Both the position numbers and the translations under genes were made by a program. A stretch of DNA of 64,000 nucleotides from Minutocellus sp. GHC0000111. Lineage: Eukaryota. The notes beneath the pieces were generated by a model. It was not told the DNA's origin, did not search any database, and saw only the letters and a list, made by a program, of their open reading frames with translations. Each line of letters opens with the position of its first letter. Position 1 is the first letter of the stretch. Shown here one piece after another: positions 1-11,182 of this stretch. Location: contig OZ361260.1 of NCBI GenBank assembly GCA_977018835.1, positions 682,001 through 746,000 of the forward strand, given 5' to 3'.

Positions 1-1227
1 TCGTCGTCTACAGTTCTCTACGAGGTCTATTCCATATCATTTGTGGATTCCATCCGAGACGCAGCCAACGGTGGAGCATGGTGGCTTGTGATAATTATAG
101 TTTGCCTTTCTGGCATCTGGCCCTACTTGAAGAATGTAATCATGATGGTGGCCTGGTTCGTACCAATGACAACCAAACAGAGAAGCTCGTTGCTCCAATG
201 GCTGACAAGATTGGCAAAATGGTCTCTTGTTGATGTATTTGTTATTGTTATAATATGCACGGGGGTAAAGATCGATCAAACTATTGCGGGTGGGTTTCGA
301 TTTGTCCTTGTTGGTGAGCCGCGCGTGGGCATTGTCACCTTTTGCCTTGCGGCTTTATGGGATCTCAGTCAAGGAGAGTGGATGCGAAGCAAACATTTTG
401 AGGCGATGCATCAGCAAGAAGAAAAGAGCGGGGATATTCCACAGTCGCATGTTCCGGCCCCTATCACGAATGGCAACCAATGCTTGCTCGACCAAGTTCA
501 CTATCAGAAGGATACTCGGAGATGCTCGTCTTTTGGCAAAGCCTTGTATTCTTTCATCGTTCTCGCCCAGATTGCCTTTATTGGGGCAGTAATTGGGACC
601 ATTTGCATTATATTTCGAGTTGGAGGCTTTCCTGAAAGCTCTACTGGCCAAAACACGTTCGAATACACCGCAGTTACCATCGCTACAGCCTTGCTTAATT
701 CCTTTGGCACTATAATTCCTGGTGGGACCACTGCCTTCGTGGGATCGATCTTTATGGTGGTTGTGTATCTCGGAATGTGCATTGTCTTGCCGTTGCTTTG
801 CTGCCTTCTCATGGCTTCGTCATCATTACTCCCGAGCCGCATCATCAACCAGAATCCCAATCGATTACGGCGAATCTTTTCGAGTGTAGATATCCTCGGG
901 GGATTTTCATGCTTGGACGTATGGTTACTCGCATTTATTCTGTGTGCCCTTGAATTCAACCATCTCATGGAAGGTGCATTGGAAGAAATCATCGGCGATC
1001 GGTGTGAACAAATGGGCCTCTGTATATCGCTCTCTTCTACCATTGAAATCGGAGTTTATTTATCCATTCCAGCGGTTCTCTTCGGCTGGATTGTCGAGGC
1101 CAACTTTACGTATCTGGAGGCATACTTTGTCCATCCATCTGAGATGTTCAAACCTTGGGATTGGCTATTTGGTAGAAAGCTTTGGACCAAGGATGCTGCA
1201 GATACTGGCGTTGTTGAATCAAGCTAG
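1..1227 (+). CDS. Paraquat-inducible protein A (PqiA)-like multi-pass membrane protein, 5'-truncated by the window edge
   Basis: Frame is open from base 1. Two PqiA-like repeats: 'YSISFVDSIRDA...SGIWPYLK...LAKWSLVDVFV' and 'VLPLL...LGGFSCLDVWLLA'. Many hydrophobic helices. Confidence 0.6.
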   Translation, partial: SSSTVLYEVYSISFVDSIRDAANGGAWWLVIIIVCLSGIWPYLKNVIMMVAWFVPMTTKQRSSLLQWLTRLAKWSLVDVFVIVIICTGVKIDQTIAGGFRFVLVGEPRVGIVTFCLAALWDLSQGEWMRSKHFEAMHQQEEKSGDIPQSHVPAPITNGNQCLLDQVHYQKDTRRCSSFGKALYSFIVLAQIAFIGAVIGTICIIFRVGGFPESSTGQNTFEYTAVTIATALLNSFGTIIPGGTTAFVGSIFMVVVYLGMCIVLPLLCCLLMASSSLLPSRIINQNPNRLRRIFSSVDILGGFSCLDVWLLAFILCALEFNHLMEGALEEIIGDRCEQMGLCISLSSTIEIGVYLSIPAVLFGWIVEANFTYLEAYFVHPSEMFKPWDWLFGRKLWTKDAADTGVVESS

Positions 1228-1274
1228 CTTGGCCTCTGTATCTTGTAACTATTAGATAGAATGAATCAGCCCAC

Positions 1275-1835
1275 TTAGAATCTCGACACTTTATGCAATT
1301 GTACTGTACTGACCTGCGCCACCACCTCCAATACCTCGCTCTTCTGTGCTTGACCTTGCCTGATTATTTTGCCAAATATTGTTCCCCAAAGAATATTATG
1401 TGCCATTAGAAAGGATCGAAATGTCCACGCCCACGCGGTTACAATTGTTCCACTCTCGCCTGGATACAATGGCTGCGCCAAATCCTCGTCACTTGTAGCA
1501 AACGCCTTCCCACAGAGCATGCCGATTATTCCAAGGACGCAGAACAAAGATATTAGAGAAAGCAGCCGCTTCTCATAGTAGGAGGTCGTTGCCAGCAGCA
1601 AGAATACCATACCCAGAACAAAGAAGGAAGTGACCCCACTGGCGTCAGTGCTACTATCGATGTCATCGGCGGACGACAGAATGTATTGGGTGCTGGCCCA
1701 GAGACAATAGAATGTGCTAATGGGAAATGCGGACGCAAATGCAGAATGCTGTGTTCGATTCAGCCAAAGTAGATAGAAAGATGCCACCAGCGATAGGGGC
1801 ATCAGCGCCAGGTCGATGTAGATCGAGAAGCCCAT
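1275..1835 (-). CDS. Hypothetical multi-pass membrane protein
   Basis: First ATG at 1835 (MGFSIY...). About 5 hydrophobic segments, no recognisable family motif. Confidence 0.5.
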   Translation of the reverse strand: MGFSIYIDLALMPLSLVASFYLLWLNRTQHSAFASAFPISTFYCLWASTQYILSSADDIDSSTDASGVTSFFVLGMVFLLLATTSYYEKRLLSLISLFCVLGIIGMLCGKAFATSDEDLAQPLYPGESGTIVTAWAWTFRSFLMAHNILWGTIFGKIIRQGQAQKSEVLEVVAQVSTVQLHKVSRF

Positions 1836-2038
1836 GGTTATCGCTGCGTATCTTTTTTTAGCGCGAGCAGTCAGGTGAATGAAGGGCCAGCAGCAGAGCA
1901 GGCCTTTCACGTCAACCTATCGTCATTCCGATACTCTGACTCAGCGAACTCTCCTGACGATGACGGGAGATGATGACGAAGTGGCGTATCGAATGTTCCA
2001 AAGTGCGTTCCTATTGCCATTTATCGCGATTGTTAGCC

Positions 2039-3104
2039 ATGGCCCGTGTTCACGCATTTACTGGTCGTAGGTGTAGCTGCGCAGCTGCCACCCTTCTCCT
2101 TGCTCTCGGAGCCAGCACATGTCATGGTGTGGGGGCCTTTCGGTCCCCGTCGCCGGCATTGCTCTCACGCCCATCTGCTTCCGCTCGTGCTCAACAGCCT
2201 GCTGCTGGTATTGTTGCCCCATTGTTCTCCTCTCCCGAGGATGATCTTGGGGAGAAATTCGGAGGTACACAGTGAAGCAGAGGCTCCGTGAGGAAGTCGA
2301 GTCTCCCTTCCGTAAGGTCCGCCTGGCCTTTTTCGGATCCAGTGCTGCCTCGGCGGCAATCGCTCTCTACTTTTCCCTTCTCACCGCCCTCAAGGCGAGC
2401 ATGGGAGGATTTGCTGACGTACCTCCACTCGATGAGGCATTGCAGAGTGTCGGCATCAATGTTGCCGGTGTCGTTGTCTGCGGTGCACTGGTCTACCGCG
2501 ACGTTCAGGCAGGAAAGGCAAATTTGGCAAGAATCGCCAAGGGTGGCGCGTTGGCTCGTCTCGTCGTGTCCCCCGCCGCATCGCCCAAGGAACGGGCGAC
2601 TCTCAAGGACTACCGCCGTTCGTCGCGCGTCCTTCTCTGCGCTGGTGGAAAGGAATACATCAATGAGCTTGCCCGATCGCTCAACTCCGATCAGCTAAGC
2701 GACAGCAACACCATCCCTGAAGCGTTGCGAGATGTGGATGTGCTGGTCGTACCCATTTTGCTCAAGGAGGATGATGCCGTCGGCGATACACGAACAGCAT
2801 GGGTTGAGACGGAGGCACAGGAGGGCGATCGGAATTTGATATTACCAGATCCGACGATGTTGTCGCATTCCCTCAAGGAATGGGCGCCTGGGCAGATTAT
2901 CTCAAGGACGAATTGGAGACTGCTCGAGGACAGGGCTTTGATGTTTTGGGCAAGGGTTTTACCATTACCGTCAAGAAGAATGGTCGTATCTTGCGCAGAG
3001 CCACTGGACAGCCACAATGGGGTGGGCTTATCGGAACCATGGAGGTCATGGATGGAAGCAAGTTCGGAATGCCTGGAGATGATGAGCGATATGGTGGCAA
3101 TTAG
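2039..3104 (+). CDS. LPA1/DUF3493-like plastid photosystem II assembly factor (two 1-bp frameshifts, ~2267 and ~2835)
   Basis: Signal peptide ending GVGA-F, then 'KQRLREEVESPFRKVRLAFF' and two TM helices; C-terminus 'W..YL..E...A..QGFD...KG.TITVKKNGRILRRATGQPQW'. Three ORF pieces join if one T is restored at each site (GG-Y-TVKQ; RN-F-DITRSDD). Confidence 0.8.
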
Positions 3105-3193
3105 TTCAATAAATATGATGTTAGATTTTATTATGACCCCGTATGTATCGTTAGCGTTAACCGTATTGTGCGTGGCACCGAAATGCTCATCAA

Positions 3194-3492
3194 CAGAGCT
3201 ACGTGAACATAGTTAGCAAAGCGCCACCACTGTCCTATCTATGGCAAAGGCCATCCCAACAGCAATGCCTATGAATGAGGCTGCTACCAAAAGCCCTACA
3301 AGGCAGGACATGGAACCACTGCTGCTGGTACTGCTCGTTTTGGCCCTGCTGGCACCTTCAGATATTGACCGAGTGGTTCTACTGCCATCGGATATGTCGT
3401 ATACGATTGCAGTGCTTCCAGAGCCATTGCCTCTTCCTACTTGTTGGTGCCGCCGTTGTTGTTGTCGTTTGGGATCATACACTGTGCGATTG
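3194..3492 (-). pseudogene. 3' fragment duplicate of the small membrane-protein gene at 4546-5145
   Basis: Aligns by eye to 4533-4837 and encodes the same C-terminus (NRTVYDPKRQQQ...GMAFAIDRTVVALC*). Homology stops abruptly at 3492. Confidence 0.8.
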
Positions 3493-3670
3493 AGATAGAG
3501 AACGGTAGACATGACGCTGATGCCTTGATCTCTGACTCTCTAACCCTAACAGCAGTTTGGTTGTTTTACGGTCTTCTCCTAATTCTACATACATCATGTA
3601 TTACGGGTCTGATCAAAATTCTTTTTTCTTGCTTCTACTTTCGTTTCCACTGCTGCAAACGCATACGTAG

Positions 3671-4381
3671 ATTCGCGAGTATCATGAGTGCATTGATGCA
3701 GCAAAGTCCAACAGCGTATGCTACAAAGATGCGGACGGGAACGTCGCCGTCTCCATCGATGACGATTCCTGCTATTGCGCCACCTCGGCGTGTAATGCTC
3801 TCGTCCCTTGTCAGCCATGGTTCACTACGTACCAGGAACTCGGCGTTTCTGGCTCCTCTCTCACTGCCAGCGGAGAAGCCTACAACAGCTTCGGTAAAAC
3901 GTCTCCTCCTACTGATCCGTGTTCCACCAACAATGGGGGGTGTGGTCAGATGTGCACGTCGACCGATGGAATTGCCACGTGCTCTTGCAATGAGGGCTTT
4001 GTACTTGAAAGTGACGGGTCTACCTGCGCCGATGTTGACGAGTGCCAAACAGGGCAAAATAATTGTGACGTCAATGCCTCCTGCACCAACCAGCCCGGGG
4101 GCTTTTCGTGCTCCTGCAACTCTGGCTACGAAGGCGATGGGGCAACGTGCACACCATCACCTCCTCTTGATTGCACTTCGATCAGCCGCAAGGATGCATG
4201 CCAACAGACCACAGGGTGCGTTTGGTCCGGGAATCCGTCCCGCGGATCTTGTGGCGCCGAAGATGGCGGAGGAGGAGGTGGTGGTGGTGGTGGTGGTGGA
4301 GGCAAGCCATCAGGCCGCAAGTGCAAGAGCAGTACTGAATGCGCCAGCGGAACTTGTGGTGGCGATGGCCGTTGTGCTTAG
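3671..4381 (+). CDS. 3' exon of a Cys-rich protein with an EGF and a calcium-binding EGF domain; 5' part not found
   Basis: Pyrimidine-rich tract and TAG acceptor at 3668-3670, then an open frame IREYHECID...DPCSTNNGGCGQMC...CSCNEGFVL...DVDECQTGQNNCDVNASCTNQPGGFSCSCNSGYEGDG, a poly-Gly linker and a terminal Cys motif. Confidence 0.75.
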   Translation: MREYHECIDAAKSNSVCYKDADGNVAVSIDDDSCYCATSACNALVPCQPWFTTYQELGVSGSSLTASGEAYNSFGKTSPPTDPCSTNNGGCGQMCTSTDGIATCSCNEGFVLESDGSTCADVDECQTGQNNCDVNASCTNQPGGFSCSCNSGYEGDGATCTPSPPLDCTSISRKDACQQTTGCVWSGNPSRGSCGAEDGGGGGGGGGGGGGKPSGRKCKSSTECASGTCGGDGRCA

Positions 4382-4545
4382 AAGCAAGGCTATATATCGG
4401 CAGACGAATTGCATGAGGAGCCACTGGACGCGGCAGTACAGTACAGTACAGTACGGTACAGTGGAAATATAGCCCAAAACCATGCCATTCGACCCCGCAA
4501 CCGCAATATAGTAGCACCCAAATACCCATAATCAGAGCTACGTAG

Positions 4546-5145
4546 CTAGCAAAGGGCCACCACTGTCCTATCTATGGCAAATGCCATCCCCACAGCAATG
4601 CCAATGAAAGAGGCTGCCACTAGGAGCCCTACAAGGCAGGACATGGAGCCACTGCTTCCGGTACTGCTGGTATTGCTGGTCTTGGCCCTGCTGGCACCTT
4701 CAGATATTGACCGATTGGTTCTACTGCCATCAGATATGTCATATATGACTGCAGTGTTTCCAGAGCTATCTTTGACTCCTCCTAATTGTTGGTGACGCCA
4801 TTGTTGTTGTCGTTTGGGATCATACACTGTACGATTGTCGGCATTTGCATCCCTTTTCGACTTGTCCCACAGCGTCCTCTTGACAGCCAATGCCAACAGC
4901 GCCAAACATGCCAACGCCACCAGCACCAGCGAAATCAGCACCGCCAACGCCACTGGCGTCAGGGTGTAGTCCAGCATGGTGAAGAGAGCGTGAGATGTTT
5001 TGGGCGGCTGCGGCTGCTGCCCATCACCTGTTGTGGTGTTTGTAGGCGCCAACAATGCTGCCGGCGTTGGGGCTGGTTGGGCCTTGAATTCACCGCCGCC
5101 GCCCAGAGGCTCTGCCACGAGGGTCTCTGATGACGACGATGGCAT
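4546..5145 (-). CDS. Small two-TM hypothetical protein
   Basis: ATG-initiated 199-aa ORF with two hydrophobic helices; 3' half has a paralogous copy at 3194-3492. Confidence 0.65.
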   Translation of the reverse strand: MPSSSSETLVAEPLGGGGEFKAQPAPTPAALLAPTNTTTGDGQQPQPPKTSHALFTMLDYTLTPVALAVLISLVLVALACLALLALAVKRTLWDKSKRDANADNRTVYDPKRQQQWRHQQLGGVKDSSGNTAVIYDISDGSRTNRSISEGASRAKTSNTSSTGSSGSMSCLVGLLVAASFIGIAVGMAFAIDRTVVALC

Positions 5146-5598
5146 GTTCTGTTGATAAGTGCTAGCTAGCTAGGGTTGCCGGAGCGAGCAGTCAAGTGGA
5201 TGGGACGCAGGCAGGAGGCAGTCCCCCCGCCCGCCGAGAGACTGGCCCGGCGCGAGCCTGCCGGCCCAGAACTTGGGCATGGCCGGCGCTCGAGCCCGCC
5301 GCACCCGCCAAACTAACTTTCATCATATTTCGCCATCAGTCTGCTCCAGACGGTCGGCGTTGGAGAAAGCAAGGGACGAACATCAAGGCCATCTGACCCC
5401 AAAATCACGAGGTGGACGCACAGATTGGCCCTCACGAATGTATGCACCCAGTATCTTTGTTGAGTGCAGGCCGGGGCCATTTGCGACACATCTTGTGCCG
5501 GTTTTCTGAAAGCCAAAAAGCTCCTGATTATTCTTCATTGGTGTTCAAAAATTTTTGACTTTTCGGAAACAAGATTGGGACCCCAAACCGCAACAACA

Positions 5599-7973
5599 AT
5601 GACACCAACGAAGCACGGCCGGACGCCCTATGGGGACGAGCACAATGATCGCACAACTACATTTTCGGGCGTCGATGCGAACACCGGCGCTGGTACGGGC
5701 GGCGAATCTCCGTCCAAGAGAGCACGCAGCGTGACGGGCGCCGCCGCCGCCGCCTCTCGCTCGCAATATGCCGCGCTCACCAGCGCGCCCAGCATGGACG
5801 TTGTCGATTCCGCCAACCTTTGCGGCGCCGCCGGAGGGGGTTTGTCCAGCATGATTCTGTGCTGCACTGGAGGTGTCGGGGTTGGTACTGGCGCAGCAAA
5901 TACTCACAACGCGTCGACGTCTCGGACGGCCAGTCTGCCGATACCGGCCGTCATGACAAATCATTCGATGGGGAGTCTTGGCGGGATGGCCGATCTACTA
6001 CTGGAGGAGGAGAGCACCCATGGGCGGAGGGGGGTCGAGCAGGCCTACAGCAATGTTACCGATGGAAAATCATCGCCTCAGCGGCGGCGATCGCCAGAGA
6101 AGCAACGACAGTCGCCACAGCGCCAGCCATCTCTGGCCGATGTGTCCACCATGAGCGCTACCTTGGGAGAAGACGTGAAGATGCTCGAGGAGGCTCGCCG
6201 GGGCAGCTGTTCGGGCAACCTCCGACGCGTGGGTAGCAGCAGTCTAGCGCAGAGCCGGGCCGGTAGCTTTTTGGCCGATATGGATGAAGACGAGGACTAC
6301 CTTGGCAATGCCGGTAGGGGAGAAGCACCGGATGTGGGCGGGAGTGGAAGCATTGGCAGTATCGCCGAGGAGAAGAAGGAGGGAGAATCCATCACAAGTC
6401 GAGGCAGCAGTATAAATCAACCCGCCGAAAAGAGAAAGCTGGTGAGGAAGCAGTCGGCCGGAAGCAAGATCAAGGGTAGAATTCGATCAGCTTTCGGTGG
6501 CAAGAACAATAATAGTGGTAGCGTTACTGGGGCCGGCAATGGCAAAGCTTCCAGCAAGGATGGCGATGCCGATGGCGAAATGGAGCAAAGCTTTGGCAGC
6601 TGCAGTGCCAGCGTTCGAACCGACACCGATGGTGGTGGAAGTAGCATCACCGGCCGCACCAGTGATGTTGGTAGTATCGATCATGCAAGTGCTAGTGCCA
6701 ATGGAAGCGCACCGGCAACTGCCAAGCAATCCCAACCTTCAGCAATGACGCCCAACATACCTCTCATCGACGCCGCATCGACATCATATGGGGCGTCTGG
6801 GTCGTACTCGTTCGATCTCAACGACCTTAATAAGCAAAAATCAATCGATGCCGCGGCGGCAGAACCACCCGCGCACTACGTCTTTGGTCCTCCCCTCGGA
6901 TCATTCCTAGATGTGCGTGGTCCCATTGACGGGGCCGCCGGTGCAGTCACCACTCGAAAGGAGCTCGTGGGAACCTACAGCACCTACCGCATGGATCCGT
7001 TCTACGTCCATCACGTCGTGGCGCACATGGACACCATGCTCCCTCTTCATCATTACGAAAACTCCTTGGCGGGATCCAAAATGTTCAGCTTCAAGGACAG
7101 CATCAGCGATCTCTCCAACATGCGCAATTGTTGTCAGAATGCCGATATTGGCAAGACCGTCAAGAATGTTTGCTCGGAACCTGCCGCATCCTCCATCAAG
7201 GTTCGGGGCGGATCTTACCTCAAAGATTCCGTCAAGGTTGGTTCGGCCGAGTCCATGTTCTCCGTTTTGGGAGTTGACATTGTCTCCAACAGCACTGCCG
7301 GTGATGGGAGTAGCGGTGGCGGTGGTGTCAAGCATTGTTCGGCAAGGGAGGGTAGTTATTTGAATCGTTTGAGAGTAGTATGCCAGGCCAGTAGCCTCGA
7401 CGTGCCCTTCTTGCTTGTTGTCAACTTTGTTTTGCCATTTGGTAATCTTCTTGCCTATCATTATCGGCCTGATGGGACGAATGGAGGGCCAATCAATGTA
7501 GAGCGAGGTTCAGTACCGGCGGAACGGCTCTGGCGCAAGTTCCTCGAAGGTGATAAGGCATATCGAGACAGAGACTGAAGTTCGTTCCACGCATGGTCGA
7601 GGCTCCGTGGATGGTAAAGAAGATGGTAGGATCGGCACCTGCCTTGATTGCCCAAAAGCTTCCCACAACGTACTATGGATCGAGGGAAGAGAACTACTTG
7701 GAAATCAGCTTGGATGTTACTGCTGGACCGGCGATCGCCAATACCATTGCAACGACTGTGGCTGGTAAATCAGATGCCGTCACCGTTGACCTTGCCTTTC
7801 TCATTGAAGGGTTGGCCGATGATAAGGAGTTACCCGAGCAGATTCTAGCATTGTATCGGCTGCATCATGTCAACATGAAAAAGACTCTCAAAACTGATGA
7901 GAAGTGGGCAGAGGAGATCAAAGAACGACAATTGCTTCGAATGCCTGACAATGATGGAGTTGAAATGCTGTAG
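5599..7973 (+). CDS. EDR2 C-terminal (DUF1336) domain protein with long disordered N-terminus (1-bp frameshift ~7570)
   Basis: 'KVRGGSYLKDSVKV', 'FLLVVNF', '(R)LKFVPRMVEAPWMVKKMVG', 'NYLEISLDV', 'VTVDLAFLIEG...ELPEQIL' follow the DUF1336 pattern; ORF 7593-7973 continues the domain. Confidence 0.85.
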
Positions 7974-8115
7974 AAAAAGAAACTATTTAGATCTTTAGAG
8001 TTGCTTTCTACTACTACGTAGCTTGATCTAGACTCTAGATCTACGTGGTAGGTGCAGTAGGTACGGACTGGTGGATGCCGGTTTTGACTGAACTGCCGCA
8101 TGTGCAAAAATTCCC

Positions 8116-10798
8116 AAGTTTACCCGCAGGGCAAACTTTACCCGCGGAAAGAAAAAGAGGAGAAAGAAGGAAAAAGAAGGAAAAGGGAGCGAAATGATAA
8201 AAGCATCTCTGCTCGGCGAGTCTACATGTCACTACCGGTAACTTCATGTTTACTACATGTGTTGGTAATGAATGATTACTTATTTACGAAACATCCCCAA
8301 AAGACCCCCATTGGACCTCGGCCATGCATTGTCTGGTAATTTCTGGGCATTCGCTCCCACTCCTAGCACCTGCGCTGTCAACCTGCTTTTGGTGAGATTC
8401 TTATTCATCTTGCTTGCCAACCACCGACGGACTTCAAGATCTAAAGCCTTTCCTTTTGCCACTAGTTCGGCCTCATCGATCTCGGCTGCTCTAAACACAT
8501 CATCCTGATCTTTTGTGACAGCTGCATCAACCACACGCATTGCCAACTTATATTTTGTCTTTTCATTGCGATCAAAAGCCCTGGGAAGTATTGCCAGCGG
8601 CGGAGGCATGGATTCATGCGACGACCCTGACTTCAGCTTTCCAGATCGAGCCAATTCTATTACTATTTCGCTCATGAGCGGCCACTTATTCTTCTTTTTG
8701 CCCCCAGCGCTGCTGACAGTTGACAACTGCTCCGTCGTTGGTAGCGGTGGAGGCCGAAGAGCCGTCGGTAGCGGTGGCGCTCCTCCAACCATTCTCCTTG
8801 CTATGGCAACCGGCGATACTGCAATGGCAGATATTGCGGTGCCGATAATGCCAGAACCTCCAGCGGTGCGCTGCCGCACGTTTCGGCCAGGGGATCGCGG
8901 TGGGGATGGCTCTCTTCGTCGGATGGTGCCACCGGCAAGTCTACTGGTACCAGCAACCGCCGAATCAACACCACCAGAAGCAATCAATGGCACCGATGTT
9001 CCATTTAGCGCCCTTGCATCCGATTTTTGTAGCTGAGTCTCAAGGTGACATGTTGTTCTTGCGTTGGTTGCTGCCAAAGCCTTCAAATCGGCAATCTCCT
9101 TCCGCAAATCTGACACTAAACGATTGTTTTCAGCTACCACAGTAGCAAGCTCCTCCTCAGCGGATGAATACGGTGCATTGATGGCCTTGAAATCATCTGC
9201 CACCTTCCTTGACCACCCCTTCAATTGAGACAGATCAATACCGAGCTCGTCCCCCACATTCATCATCCGACGAACGGCAGGGCCTGCAACTCCAAGAAAA
9301 GACAGCTTCGTCGAAAAATTCATAATGTTGGTGGCCAGCACCTCCCGTACCAGCTGCCGTAGCCTCCCTCCAGCCTTGAAATCAGGCATTGTCATTGGAT
9401 ATAATTTGTCTGCAAACCGATCCAAAAGAGCCATGTCGTCAGGCAAAGTGCTGATGGCAATGAGCCGAGGAGGACGGTGGGACTTCCGAGGAGAGGGATG
9501 GCCAGCAAGAGACCTCATTGGCACATGTTGCATCGCCCGCCGAGATAGCACGTAGTGCCTGGTGTTATCAGCAGGAGCGTGGCCTGATCGTGCCGTGAGC
9601 TCTGGATGATTCACCGACGGATCTTCGTGAAGGTGGGTAGTGCCGCCGTATCGCATGCTTCGACCAGATATGCTGTCCCGTATTGAATCCGGCAGATCAT
9701 CTCGCAAGGTTTCGGTGAGGGTCTTGGAAGTCCAGGAATCGCTTCGAGCCTGGCACATCGGTACAACAAAGGCCTGGAGAAAACCTATTTTGCCAGAGGA
9801 GTTGCAGGTACGAGAGAGGCCACCATCGACGCTCCAGTGGTCACCAAGGGCATCAAATACACAAGTCTCCCACCGGTCATAATCTGTACAGAAGGTAGTC
9901 GGCCTGGTCGTGCCATTCTTCAAGTCCTTCCAGTCAGCAGCAGCACAATTACCGACGGGATCATATGTCATGCCCTGGTAGTTGAGATATTTCACCTCCC
10001 CGGACCGGCCATCGGCGGCATATGTCAAGTTGAGAGCAAGGCGTCGCTGGTGCTTGTCGCCGAGCTTGCTGGTTTTCAGTAGCTTGCGATTGATGGTGAC
10101 CATGTCGGGAACATCGTCGGCAAATGGACTGGTGCTGACACCGTCGTGTCCTTCAATAACACCAGCATCGGGGTTGAGGCGAACGATGCCGATCTTGCCG
10201 GGTACTTCGTCGACACCAGATGTGCCACGGACGCTGTCTCTCTCCAGCTTCTTGACGAGCGCGCCCTTGGAGAGGGTGAACCAGGTCTCGTCGGTCCAGT
10301 CGACGTGGCGGCCGAACCGGTCCTTCAGGTACTCCTTGATGAGGCCGAAGCCGTTGCCGACGCCGTCAGCCTTGAGGAGCTTGTCCCGGTTGTTCATGTA
10401 CCTCGGAGGGTTCGTCGACATGTACTCGGCCCAAGAGCACATAATTGATTCGATGTCGCCGGGCGATGCGACGTCTTCGGGCGTCAAGTCGTCGACAAAG
10501 GGAAGACCGATATGCTGAAGATATGCATTGAATCGGGTCTTGTACGATGATAACTCGGGTGGTGCCCTTGGGACTGCCGTGCGGCGAAGGCCGGCGGTGG
10601 CGTTCGTGGCGGCGGTAGCAGCAGTAGTAGCGGCGGCCATGGTGTCAAAAGACTTCTGGTTTTTATTTTGGCTCGCAGCCAAGATGCGCTTTCAGTTGGT
10701 GCTTGGCATCGCGGGGAAAATCTTGAAGTCTTTTTGCAGCAAACATGCGAGCCAAACTTTACCCAGGAATCCCCCCGAAACACCCGGGTAAAGTTCGG
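8116..10798 (-). mobile_element. Crypton-like tyrosine-recombinase DNA transposon (approximate ends)
   Basis: Single YR ORF with no RT/RNase H. Flanked by related inverted-repeat sites at 8116-8145 and 10752-10798 that share the 12-mer CAAACTTTACCC. Confidence 0.65.
8280..10640 (-). CDS. Tyrosine recombinase, Crypton-like (786 aa from first ATG)
   Basis: Catalytic residues in canonical order: R (YAADGRSGEV), K (DLKNG), xxR box (SGRSMRYGG), H (ARSGH), Y (NTRHYV). These are followed by 'RSLAG.P', a coiled coil and a basic C-terminal domain. Intronless and uninterrupted. Confidence 0.8.
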   Translation of the reverse strand: MAAATTAATAATNATAGLRRTAVPRAPPELSSYKTRFNAYLQHIGLPFVDDLTPEDVASPGDIESIMCSWAEYMSTNPPRYMNNRDKLLKADGVGNGFGLIKEYLKDRFGRHVDWTDETWFTLSKGALVKKLERDSVRGTSGVDEVPGKIGIVRLNPDAGVIEGHDGVSTSPFADDVPDMVTINRKLLKTSKLGDKHQRRLALNLTYAADGRSGEVKYLNYQGMTYDPVGNCAAADWKDLKNGTTRPTTFCTDYDRWETCVFDALGDHWSVDGGLSRTCNSSGKIGFLQAFVVPMCQARSDSWTSKTLTETLRDDLPDSIRDSISGRSMRYGGTTHLHEDPSVNHPELTARSGHAPADNTRHYVLSRRAMQHVPMRSLAGHPSPRKSHRPPRLIAISTLPDDMALLDRFADKLYPMTMPDFKAGGRLRQLVREVLATNIMNFSTKLSFLGVAGPAVRRMMNVGDELGIDLSQLKGWSRKVADDFKAINAPYSSAEEELATVVAENNRLVSDLRKEIADLKALAATNARTTCHLETQLQKSDARALNGTSVPLIASGGVDSAVAGTSRLAGGTIRRREPSPPRSPGRNVRQRTAGGSGIIGTAISAIAVSPVAIARRMVGGAPPLPTALRPPPLPTTEQLSTVSSAGGKKKNKWPLMSEIVIELARSGKLKSGSSHESMPPPLAILPRAFDRNEKTKYKLAMRVVDAAVTKDQDDVFRAAEIDEAELVAKGKALDLEVRRWLASKMNKNLTKSRLTAQVLGVGANAQKLPDNAWPRSNGGLLGMFRK

Positions 10799-11182
10799 AA
10801 GCAAGGCGCAAAACTGTTGGCTCGCGCCCCTTGGCCGTGCCAACTCTCTCGATCGAGGATGAGCCCAACAGCAGAGAACAAACGCACGAGCGAGCGAGCG
10901 AGCGAGAGCCGTCGAATGAATCTGCTGAACCTGCCATCATTGCAATCATACCAAACCACCTCCCCGCCTCCACCCTCTGAGATATGTTGTGCTGACAATC
11001 AACTTGGTCTTCGTGATCATTGGAAGCAAAGCATTGACTGCACAGAACTGGCGCACATCATCACATTTCAACATATCACACCGACAGTCGCCCTTGCCTT
11101 GATTCCTACCGCTTACTGAAACTTCTTACGCAGCACCACGACTGTTAGTGTAAACTCGGGAGCGCCGAGACGCCACCACACC

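Noticed and set aside
3540..3550. CTAACCCTAAC, identical to a TTAGGG-type telomerase template or telomere seed
   Set aside because: Under two repeat units, within intron-like sequence where CTAAC is also the branch-point motif; no supporting RNA structure or promoter seen.
3441..4472. 343-aa plus-strand ORF in the track
   Set aside because: Shadow frame of the EGF exon; non-ATG start, runs through intron-like sequence and has no motif.
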